Positions 28,738 through 36,663 of a stretch of 64,000 bases of DNA are shown in pieces; positions within the stretch are counted from its first letter, which is position 1; each line of letters begins with the position of its first letter. Location of the stretch: positions 1-64,000 of the IMG/VR virus record IMGVR_UViG_3300017909_001085. One strand, 5' to 3'. The translations under genes were made by a program, and so were the position numbers. This stretch comes from a virus. Lineage: Duplodnaviria; Caudoviricetes. The notes beneath the pieces were generated by a model. That model did not search any database and was not told the DNA's origin. It worked only from the letters and a program-made list of their open reading frames with translations.

Positions 28738-29426
28738 AACTTAAACTCTGGTTTCACTCTATTGAAGTATACTTGACTGTATCTCCAGTTCTCGACCCAT
28801 TCACTGTGGTCTTCCATATATGCACCATGCCAGTACCAACTAGGATAGATAATAGTTCTATTCTTCTTACCTGTAATCACTTCAACTAATTCTGCATTCT
28901 TCGATATGTCACATCGAATGTCTACAACTTCATCTTGTTTGGCATCACAGTAAGAATAAAACGCAGTGCCATGGTTTTCATTATCATTGAAATAAGTTAC
29001 AGATGCAATGTGAGATTTACCTGCACTATCTTGATGCGGCATGGACTGAATGTCATTGCTTGCAGGTGGATGTAACCATGTAAAGCAATTGAAAGCATAA
29101 TCAAGTTCTTCATCAATACACTCATACCCAAGATAGTTCTTCGCCATATCTCTAATTAGAAGTTGAACTTCATTTTCTTTAGCATGACCTGTTTTGCAAA
29201 TCTGAATATTGTGTCTGCAATCATAGTAGTCTTTGTAATTTGCACTATGTCTACCATAGTGAAAAGATGGAACCCATGCTTGGTCTAGCATCAGTTCAAT
29301 ATCACTTGGATATTTGTACATCTTATCAATCACTACGATAGGACCGATACCTTCTATCACATGCTTCTTGCATAGAAGACCATCATTTAGTTCAAATAAC
29401 TCATGATGTAAATAAGGTATCGGCAT
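28734..29426 (-). CDS. 2OG-Fe(II) oxygenase-like protein (DUF6445-like)
   Basis: PHQD, GTAFY, NRTIIYPS..WHG, RYSQ. Confidence 0.75.
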   Translation of the reverse strand: MPIPYLHHELFELNDGLLCKKHVIEGIGPIVVIDKMYKYPSDIELMLDQAWVPSFHYGRHSANYKDYYDCRHNIQICKTGHAKENEVQLLIRDMAKNYLGYECIDEELDYAFNCFTWLHPPASNDIQSMPHQDSAGKSHIASVTYFNDNENHGTAFYSYCDAKQDEVVDIRCDISKNAELVEVITGKKNRTIIYPSWYWHGAYMEDHSEWVENWRYSQVYFNRVKPEFKL

Positions 29427-30376
29427 TACTTGAACTCACAATCAACCATAACTTCAGTAAAGAATGCAACCATGTTTACTTCTTGGTCAGCAACATGAAC
29501 ATTCTTATACTGATAATCAGCAATCTTGAGTACTACAAGAGGTATGCTCGGTGCTTGAATATGCTCATTCATAGTGTCATAAACAGTTCGATATACATCT
29601 TGTGCGTCTGTTGTGTGTATGGTATCTGCAACCCACTTTCGCATTTTTTGAAAGTCTTTATTTTTGCAGAAATCAATAACAGTTTTGATTGCTACATCGC
29701 CAGTGTTACCAATAGTATCTTTATTGATAGCACCACTGATAGAGATTTTTTGTAGTTCATTGAGAGTACGTCTGAAGTCAGGAAAGTGTTTCTCAACTAC
29801 ACTTGCAACTGAACCTTTGTCATACTGAATATTTTCAGCATCTAAGATTTGTTGAATGCGATTGAAGAAACTACCTGCCAGTTGAGGTCTCTCATCTTTT
29901 GGTATGTTGAACTTGATTACTGAACATCGACTATGCAATGCTGGAATAATCTTGTTCTCATAATTACAAGTGAAGATGAAACGACAATTCTTACTAAACT
30001 CTTCGATAAAGTTACGCAAAGCAGGTTGCGTCACCGCTGTCAAATAGTCTGCCTCATCATAAATGACAACTTTACCTTTGCCACTGAAGGACACAGTACT
30101 AGCAAAGTTTACTATCTTAGTTCGTAAGGTGTCGATATCACCCTCACTTGAACCGTTGAGAATAATCCAATCGTAACCCATCTGTTCGCAAAGTGCTTTT
30201 GCTACAGTAGTCTTGCCGATGCCGGCACCACCACAGAGTAGTAGATTAGGTATCTCACCGCTTTCTACAAACTGTAGAAAGGTTTGTTCTAGATGCTTTG
30301 GCAGTATAGCATCTTGAACTTTCTGAGGTCGATATTTCTCAACCCACAGAAATTCGTCACTTTTAATATCCATCAT
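29426..30376 (-). CDS. gp44: Clamp loader large subunit (T4 gp44-like)
   Basis: WVEKYRP, GGAGIGKTT, DEAD, SRC. Confidence 0.96.
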   Translation of the reverse strand: MMDIKSDEFLWVEKYRPQKVQDAILPKHLEQTFLQFVESGEIPNLLLCGGAGIGKTTVAKALCEQMGYDWIILNGSSEGDIDTLRTKIVNFASTVSFSGKGKVVIYDEADYLTAVTQPALRNFIEEFSKNCRFIFTCNYENKIIPALHSRCSVIKFNIPKDERPQLAGSFFNRIQQILDAENIQYDKGSVASVVEKHFPDFRRTLNELQKISISGAINKDTIGNTGDVAIKTVIDFCKNKDFQKMRKWVADTIHTTDAQDVYRTVYDTMNEHIQAPSIPLVVLKIADYQYKNVHVADQEVNMVAFFTEVMVDCEFK

Positions 30377-30387
30377 ATACCCTTGTG

Positions 30388-31053
30388 TTAACCTTCGTAT
30401 TTGCTATCAGTTTCAAGAGCAACCCAATATTGCAAATTCTTGTTAGCATTAATCCAATGCGAAATATTCTTCTGAGAAATAATCAAGTCATACTCGCCGG
30501 GAATCATACGCAAGTTCTCACGCTTGAAGTAGAAGTTGAACTTAGTACCGGTACCCTCTGCTACTTCAACATTGAACTGATTTGAAGTTTGGTTCTTCTT
30601 ATCAGTTGCAATTAGATTAATCGTATCACCATCTGATACTAGACCAACATCAGGCAATTGCATGATGTTCGATGCTTTAAGCAAATCAGTATAGTTTGAT
30701 TGCGTGATACGAACTTTCACTTCAGCACTCGGCATAGTGATTGCTTTAGTAGGTGACACTACAAGACTAGGGTCAGCATACCAAAACTTAGAACTTGACT
30801 TACCTTGTGATACAGTCAAGAAATCGTCACCGAGTGTGACATCTGGACTTTCATATAGTGACAATACACTTAATAGAGAGTTCAAATCATAGATAGCAAA
30901 CTCTTTATCGAATGTCTCTTCTACGGTCGCTTCTGCTAGAACATTTTTCATTACTGAAATAGTCTGCAGTTTGTTACCTGGTTTGATGAGCAGGTTCTCA
31001 TTAATCTCACTGAAGTTCTTTAGAACGTCAAATGTTTGTTTAGATATTTTCAT
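30388..31053 (-). CDS. gp45: Sliding clamp (T4 gp45-like)
   Basis: MKISKQT..VLKNFSEIN, FAIYDL, YWVALE. Confidence 0.95.
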   Translation of the reverse strand: MKISKQTFDVLKNFSEINENLLIKPGNKLQTISVMKNVLAEATVEETFDKEFAIYDLNSLLSVLSLYESPDVTLGDDFLTVSQGKSSSKFWYADPSLVVSPTKAITMPSAEVKVRITQSNYTDLLKASNIMQLPDVGLVSDGDTINLIATDKKNQTSNQFNVEVAEGTGTKFNFYFKRENLRMIPGEYDLIISQKNISHWINANKNLQYWVALETDSKYEG

Positions 31054-31331
31054 TACAAATCCTCATCATGTATATACAATTGTATTAGTGCGTAGTGTAA
31101 GACCTTCATCAAATCTTTTCGGGCATCACTCGCCATACCCTTCTTGCCGTATCGTTGTGCATACTTTAGTACGTTACCGATACAGAAACCTGTGCCATGA
31201 CCGCCGTCTATAATAAACTCGGTCGCTTGAAACTTGTCTTTCGAATAGTGACCAGTATAGGTACTATCGATATAATCTTTGAACTCTTTAATCAGTTCTG
31301 CTTCATTAAATTTATAATCAATCTTACTCAT
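31053..31331 (-). CDS. DUF3310-like protein
   Basis: HY...GFCIGNVLKYAQRYGKK...DLMKVLHY. Confidence 0.7.
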   Translation of the reverse strand: MSKIDYKFNEAELIKEFKDYIDSTYTGHYSKDKFQATEFIIDGGHGTGFCIGNVLKYAQRYGKKGMASDARKDLMKVLHYALIQLYIHDEDL

Positions 31332-31359
31332 AATATCTCATATTGTCAAGGTAAAAGTA

Positions 31360-31407
31360 GGGGCGAGGTGGAGAGAAAGGTGACTGTAAGATGAACCACC
31401 TCGCCCC
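31360..31407 (-). ncRNA. 3' UTR hairpin with antisense loop (terminator-like; candidate regulatory RNA)
   Basis: Perfect 12-bp stem GGGGCGAGGTGG/CCACCTCGCCCC, 24-nt loop UUCAUCUUACAGUCACCUUUCUCU complementary to early-gene leaders, followed by UACUUUU. Confidence 0.55.
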
Positions 31408-31414
31408 ACACCAC

Positions 31415-31666
31415 CTAAGCGTTTACTGCTTGAATACCAGCGGCAATAATCGCCTTAGTTGGAGTACCGATACGATACGATACACCGTTACCCTTTTTCA
31501 CAGGGTTTGCATAGACCATGTAACCTTCGCTACGCAGGTCATAAACTCGCCTTGAAACATTAACTGTTGAAGTCTTTGCTTTACGAGCAAGTTGCTTTGT
31601 GGTGAATGTTTCACCTGTTGAAAGGGCAGTCAAAATCTTTGACTTAACGGAAGTTGCTTTACGCAT
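31415..31666 (-). CDS. Winged-HTH DNA-binding protein
   Basis: KILTALSTGETFTTKQLA...VSRRVYDLRSEGYMVY...YRIGTP; ATG at 31666 behind AAGGAG. Confidence 0.75.
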   Translation of the reverse strand: MRKATSVKSKILTALSTGETFTTKQLARKAKTSTVNVSRRVYDLRSEGYMVYANPVKKGNGVSYRIGTPTKAIIAAGIQAVNA

Positions 31667-31697
31667 AATGTTTTCACTCCTTAACATTGTTAAAAGC

Positions 31698-31718
31698 GAG
31701 GTCGCCCTATGCGACCTC
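31698..31718. other. Hairpin in 5' UTR of HTH gene
   Basis: GAGGTCGC-CCTAT-GCGACCTC perfect 8-bp inverted repeat. Confidence 0.6.
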
Positions 31719-31730
31719 TATCATTGTTCT

Positions 31731-31759
31731 AATATAATCTTAGAACGGTGTTTTGTCAA
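31731..31759 (-). promoter_or_regulatory. Sigma70-type promoter for HTH gene
   Basis: TTGACA-N17-TATATT, -35 inside end of cobS. Confidence 0.65.
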
Positions 31760-32894
31760 CACTTGTTTCGGGTTCAGTAACACTTTCACCGAAATCAGTC
31801 TCGACTGCCTGCTCATCGACTTTCGTATAAAGGTCGATGAATGCAGACTTGGTCTCATCATCAAAACGATTGATACACATTTGTATCGCCTTCATTCTAT
31901 CACCGAACACGGCATATGCTTTGACAATGTGGACTAGACGCCTCGTAGCGATAATCTCATCGATACCACCATCGAGGAAAGTCTTTCTGATAATATCTGC
32001 CCACTTGGTCAGTTTATCAGCAAAATCATCATCTGGTTTACCAACAGAGGTCAACTCTTTATTGATGATTTTTTTCTCTACTGCAACGGCAGGATAATCC
32101 TGTTCGATACAGATTGGGAAACGCTCAAGGAACGCTTCGTTGAGAATATTAGTACCGATGAAACGACCGTCATCAGAACCTTTACCTTTAGTGTTTGCAG
32201 TAGCAACAATCTGAAACCCAGGAGCAGGTTGTACATACTGATTGATTTTCTTCAGTAGAATACCTTTACCTTCGAGGATTGGTTGCAAACACATAATCTT
32301 GTTTGACGCAAGGTCAATCTCATCAAGAAGCAGGACACCGCCTTGCTTCATTGCTTGAATAACTGGACCATCGAAAAAGACAGTCTCGCCATCAACAAGA
32401 CGATAACCACCGAGCAAATCATCTTCATCAGTTTCGATGGTAATGTTCACACGGAAAAACTCACGCTTCAGTTGGGCGCAAATCTGTTCGACCATCATGG
32501 TCTTACCGTTACCTGACAGACCAGTGATGAATACAGGATAGAACATTTTCGACTTGATAATGTTCTTTACATCACTGAACTGACCGAACGGTACATAGTT
32601 GTCATACACACTTGGTATCAAATTTGTCACCGTACTGTCTAAGACTGCCAACTTCTTCTTCGGCAGTTCTACTACTTCAGCAACTTCTTGTTGCTGTACT
32701 GGAGCAAGGTTTGAATTCGCAAACAACGAATACAGACCATTGCCAAGTTTGAACTCATCAGATTTTACAATCCATGAGGGAGCATATTTCATGCCCACTG
32801 AATTCGCAACTTCGACAAGTTCTGCACGACTGAATTCAGTCTGCTTCGGGAACATTGCTGTTGCGGCATTCAGGAAAGTATCACGCTTATTCAT
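31740..32894 (-). CDS. cobS: CobS-like/MoxR AAA+ ATPase
   Basis: GLSGNGKT, ETDEDDLLGG, LLLDEID, ANTKGKGSDDGRF, NEAFLERF. Confidence 0.9.
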   Translation of the reverse strand: MNKRDTFLNAATAMFPKQTEFSRAELVEVANSVGMKYAPSWIVKSDEFKLGNGLYSLFANSNLAPVQQQEVAEVVELPKKKLAVLDSTVTNLIPSVYDNYVPFGQFSDVKNIIKSKMFYPVFITGLSGNGKTMMVEQICAQLKREFFRVNITIETDEDDLLGGYRLVDGETVFFDGPVIQAMKQGGVLLLDEIDLASNKIMCLQPILEGKGILLKKINQYVQPAPGFQIVATANTKGKGSDDGRFIGTNILNEAFLERFPICIEQDYPAVAVEKKIINKELTSVGKPDDDFADKLTKWADIIRKTFLDGGIDEIIATRRLVHIVKAYAVFGDRMKAIQMCINRFDDETKSAFIDLYTKVDEQAVETDFGESVTEPETSVDKTPF

Positions 32895-32927
32895 AATATA
32901 TACCTTTCTTTTTTCATCTTACGTTTC

Positions 32928-32957
32928 ACTATAACATACGAAAACAAGTATTGTCAA
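32928..32957 (-). promoter_or_regulatory. Sigma70-type early promoter for cobS
   Basis: TTGACA-N18-TATAGT with TGn. Confidence 0.7.
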
Positions 32958-32970
32958 GCACTTTTTTCGT

Positions 32971-35244
32971 TTATGCGGCAATTTTTTCGATAAATTTGCT
33001 CAAGATTGCTCTGTTTTGCAACTTACCTTTCGCCGCTTTCTTGAATGCTGTAGTCAGTTTTTGCTTCGAAGCACCAACCTCAACATCAAGACCTTCATCG
33101 TCTACCTCAAGTGTCTTACCACCTTTGAGAATATACAGTTCATCAAGACCGCTGATTTTTGACACCGCACTCTTTTCTTTATTGAATTGCTTCTTCCAGT
33201 TCTCAAGTTCTACCCAAGCACTGGCGGCAGAAGAACCTGGTGTTTCAATATACTTGTTGAATGCATACTGAACATCAGAACGACCACTCGCAAGGAAGAA
33301 CCCCATAGTATTGAACCCGGTGCTTGCTTTAAGAGACATGTATAATGCTTTTGTCAAATCGCCACTATAATAATCGCTTGACTGACTTTTGATAGTCACA
33401 TTCTTAGATTTGTCACGGATGTAGAAGACACCTCTGGTGCTGATATCTGCTTCAGTTGAGTAGTACTCTTCACCATTGTATTTTTTGTCATACCCGATAA
33501 CTCCACTAGGTTTGTGACTTGAACCGTCTGTCAAGAAACATACGTTCATGACTTGGGCGCCAGTTGTCTTTTGAAACTTTTCAACCATCTTATGAGCAAC
33601 AATAACTGCGGCATCAAGTGGAGTACCACCAAGGTAGTATTTACGAGGCAGACCCATGTAAGCAAAGTCACCGTACCCATACTTTCTTGACCACATATGA
33701 GATAGTGCTACGCAAATCTCAACTGCTTGATTGAACTGCACTGTAGTCATTTTTGGACCAAACAGTTCTAACATAGTCACGCCTTTGACATTGAACTCAT
33801 TCAGATTAGTTGATTGTAAATCTTCTAAAGGTGTATTCACTGTTGAATGACGCTTGGCATATTCAGAAGAGAATGCATAAGCGGCGAAAGGTATTTGTGC
33901 TTTCTTACAGAACAATGCGAGACAAAGCAACTGCTCCATAGTACCTTTCATATTATCTGACATCGAACCAGACCAGTCAATAAAGAACATCATACCGTGG
34001 TTCTTACCATTCGGAAGATTAGTCTTTTTCATGAAGATATCTTCATTGTACTTGTATGAGTAAAGCAGATTTGAATTGATAACACCAGTCTTAGTAGTAT
34101 TTGCTCTGGCATAGATATCTGCCGCTTTCTTCATTTCAAATTCTTTATGAAGATAAGCAATCACTTTCTCATTTTTCTTTTTGAATTCTTTTGCGTTCTT
34201 AATGAGTTTCTCTTGAACGTCACTGACAGTCCAGTATTCCATCAGTTCTTTTCTAACTTCTGAAAAAGGAACTACAATCTTTTCGAAGTTGATAGTCTTC
34301 GGAATGTCATAGTACTTAGGAATCAAATCTTCGTTAGTCTCTACTAACTTCTTAGTACTTTTTTGAGATGCTTGGTCAGTGATAGACTTGACACCAGGAG
34401 CAGTACCGTCAGTATTTTCTGCTTTACCATCCATACCTTCTTTTGCTGGAGCAGGTGCTTTAGTCTCGGTCTTGTCTTCGCCATCATCGCCTTCTTCTTC
34501 TGGTGATGAAGCAGACTTACCTTCTTCTTCTGATTGTTCATCAGGAGTACCAGTAACAGCATTCATACCGTTACCTTGACCTTCTTGAGCATCGCCTTCA
34601 GACTGTTCATCATCTTGACCTTGTTCAGACTGAACTGGCATATTGTAAGCAGAAGTATCTTCTTGGTTCTGCTGTTTTTCTTCTAATTCTTTTTCGCAAT
34701 ACTCAAACAACTCTTTAGATAGTTCAATAACTTCTTCGAAAGTCTGAGTAGTCATTGCTCTATCGAAAAACTTCTGCTCAACATCATCGAATGTCAAATC
34801 AATTTGAGTACCGAGTTTTGCTTTCAGATTGAGACGGTCAATCAAAAGCATATCAGTGACAGGAACTTGTGAAGTACCGAAGAAATCTTTTTCTTGTAAC
34901 TGACCGTATGCCTGATAGAAAGGTTTCTTTAGACCAGGATACTTCTTTTGAATAAGACGCTCAATACGGGCATCTTCTACGACATTCACAACTGAATGAA
35001 AATTTTGTGTCTTGATTGGTAAGTTCTCCATACCGTCAAGAGGTGTATAGAGAGCATGAGCAACTTCATGACCAACAAACAAGTCTAGAGTTTTTGCGTC
35101 TAAGTCCTTCATAGTAGGAATACGCAATATACGATTTTTAACATCGAAACTAGCAGTATCGACATTCGCATACTCAACCGTCAAATTCTCTGTCGCTAGT
35201 AGTTTAGCGAGAGCAGACTTGACTTCTGTAATCTTGGTTGGCAT
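32971..35244 (-). CDS. CobT-like protein: N-terminal HExxH domain, acidic linker, C-terminal vWA domain
   Basis: GHEVAHALYT, NVVEDARIE, DWSGSM MIDAS, GGTPL, LTDG; ATG at 35244 behind GAGGTG. Confidence 0.85.
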   Translation of the reverse strand: MPTKITEVKSALAKLLATENLTVEYANVDTASFDVKNRILRIPTMKDLDAKTLDLFVGHEVAHALYTPLDGMENLPIKTQNFHSVVNVVEDARIERLIQKKYPGLKKPFYQAYGQLQEKDFFGTSQVPVTDMLLIDRLNLKAKLGTQIDLTFDDVEQKFFDRAMTTQTFEEVIELSKELFEYCEKELEEKQQNQEDTSAYNMPVQSEQGQDDEQSEGDAQEGQGNGMNAVTGTPDEQSEEEGKSASSPEEEGDDGEDKTETKAPAPAKEGMDGKAENTDGTAPGVKSITDQASQKSTKKLVETNEDLIPKYYDIPKTINFEKIVVPFSEVRKELMEYWTVSDVQEKLIKNAKEFKKKNEKVIAYLHKEFEMKKAADIYARANTTKTGVINSNLLYSYKYNEDIFMKKTNLPNGKNHGMMFFIDWSGSMSDNMKGTMEQLLCLALFCKKAQIPFAAYAFSSEYAKRHSTVNTPLEDLQSTNLNEFNVKGVTMLELFGPKMTTVQFNQAVEICVALSHMWSRKYGYGDFAYMGLPRKYYLGGTPLDAAVIVAHKMVEKFQKTTGAQVMNVCFLTDGSSHKPSGVIGYDKKYNGEEYYSTEADISTRGVFYIRDKSKNVTIKSQSSDYYSGDLTKALYMSLKASTGFNTMGFFLASGRSDVQYAFNKYIETPGSSAASAWVELENWKKQFNKEKSAVSKISGLDELYILKGGKTLEVDDEGLDVEVGASKQKLTTAFKKAAKGKLQNRAILSKFIEKIAA

Positions 35245-35276
35245 TTCAGTCACCTCTTTTCTCATCATCTATAGTC

Positions 35277-35306
35277 ATAATAACATATGACATCAGGTTT
35301 TGTCAA
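35277..35306 (-). promoter_or_regulatory. Sigma70-type early promoter for cobT-like gene
   Basis: TTGACA-N18-TATTAT with TGn. Confidence 0.7.
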
Positions 35307-35440
35307 GCGATAAAAGCACTAATTATGGTAAAAATGAGCAAAAAACTCATATAAAATGCAAAAAGTCCGACACAGAACAGAAACCCCCACCAAATTATTC
35401 TAAATGGGAGTGTCAGACCAAACCAAATCGCATTTAACAT
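35303..35440 (-). CDS. Small hydrophobic membrane peptide (45 aa)
   Basis: Manual translation MLNAIWFGLTLPFRIIWWGFLFCVGLFAFYMSFLLIFTIISAFIA; own promoter and GAGAGAGG SD. Confidence 0.65.
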   Translation of the reverse strand: MLNAIWFGLTLPFRIIWWGFLFCVGLFAFYMSFLLIFTIISAFIA

Positions 35441-35467
35441 AGATACCTCTCTCTCATCTCTATATAT

Positions 35468-35497
35468 ACTATAGCATGTAGGAATCTAATTTGTCAA
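35468..35497 (-). promoter_or_regulatory. Sigma70-type early promoter
   Basis: TTGACA-N18-TATAGT with TGn. Confidence 0.7.
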
Positions 35498-35995
35498 GCG
35501 TTTTCTCATAAAAATTTGTATTGTTCTTCTGACTGGTGCGCCAAGATTAACTGAAGTGACAGAGTGTCGCACACCACCTTCTTGAAATATTGCTCTATTA
35601 GGTTGAGGTTGAATTGCCTCTATTGTATCATCACTTTTTTCATACATGAAGTATCCACCATCATCTGCATCTTGTTCATTGAGATAAATTGTAAGTGCCG
35701 CTGAATGATTTCCATCATTATGCCACGGTATGTAACTAAACTGTGTCCAGTAATAAAACATAGGTGTGATATCATAGTGACCAAATTCTTCTTCTACTCT
35801 TGTTTGTAAGTAGTTCACAAGTTTGTCATCAGATATCTCATGTACAAGAACAGTATGACTTGTTCGCACAACATCAGAATCCCAAGATGCATTAGATTTT
35901 AGTGTGCATTCTGTTGAAGTATAAATTTCGTTTGATAGTGAAGTTGCTCTGAAAAATGTATCAGGTTCTAAAAAATTATCTATTAGTATTATCAT
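35486..35995 (-). CDS. 2OG-Fe(II) oxygenase
   Basis: IPWHND, YLN...GGYF, HSVT, RRTIQ. Confidence 0.85.
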   Translation of the reverse strand: MIILIDNFLEPDTFFRATSLSNEIYTSTECTLKSNASWDSDVVRTSHTVLVHEISDDKLVNYLQTRVEEEFGHYDITPMFYYWTQFSYIPWHNDGNHSAALTIYLNEQDADDGGYFMYEKSDDTIEAIQPQPNRAIFQEGGVRHSVTSVNLGAPVRRTIQIFMRKRLTN

Positions 35996-36663
35996 CTCTT
36001 CATAATAGTTACATAGTATCTAAAATCATCATATCTAGATATTTTTGAACCTACACTTGCATATGGTATAGACGATGACCCGTCTGCAAAGTTTTCTAAC
36101 TTCTTAATACCACCTGCTACATGTGCAGTTATATCTGCATTATACAATTTTTTGAGACCATGTACTCTTTCTAAAATTTCAATAAAATTATTATATTCAC
36201 TTTCATGAGTTGAGTTCTGAACTATACACAAGATACCATCATCTGCTAGTGCTTGTGATAATCTAAGTAACAAAACACTCTTATTATCATATTGGTCAAA
36301 CGCATCGATAGATATAATTAGATTTGCGTCTTTCTGCTTTGATAAAATAAAATCTTTATAAAAAGAGATACCAGAGTGTCTATCTTTACATGCTTCAAGC
36401 ATGTTTTGGTCACTATTGTATCCTATACATTTTTTGAAGTTGTACTCACCTTTGAGACATGCTAGACCATATCCAAGACCACAGTTGATATCCATTGCTG
36501 TGATTTCAGAATGATTTGTTAAATAATCTTTGATAAAGTAACGATATGTTTGATATGAGTATTTTTCTATACTACACATCTCATCATAATCTTTTTGACC
36601 CCAATCTTCGAATTCGACTGGTACGTTACTAAAGATGTTTTTTGAATACGAATATTGGTTCAT
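35992..36663 (-). CDS. Class I SAM-dependent methyltransferase-like protein
   Basis: MDINCGLGYG motif I variant, L..DGIL; some canonical residues altered. Confidence 0.6.
   Translation of the reverse strand: MNQYSYSKNIFSNVPVEFEDWGQKDYDEMCSIEKYSYQTYRYFIKDYLTNHSEITAMDINCGLGYGLACLKGEYNFKKCIGYNSDQNMLEACKDRHSGISFYKDFILSKQKDANLIISIDAFDQYDNKSVLLLRLSQALADDGILCIVQNSTHESEYNNFIEILERVHGLKKLYNADITAHVAGGIKKLENFADGSSSIPYASVGSKISRYDDFRYYVTIMKR

Noticed and set aside
31321-31349. TTGACA-N17-TAAGAT on minus strand
   Set aside because: The -10 falls inside the start of the DUF3310-like gene; may drive gp45 but not supported well enough to list
31391-31555. Plus-strand ATG behind an AGAAAGG sequence inside the hairpin loop opening a 54-codon frame
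   Set aside because: Lies antisense to the HTH gene, no promoter seen, no recognisable product; SD-like look follows from the loop being anti-SD on the other strand
31740-35244. Cobalamin biosynthesis role for cobS/cobT-like genes
   Set aside because: No cobN or other cob genes; the AAA plus vWA pair is a common phage chaperone-like module, so the name reflects homology only
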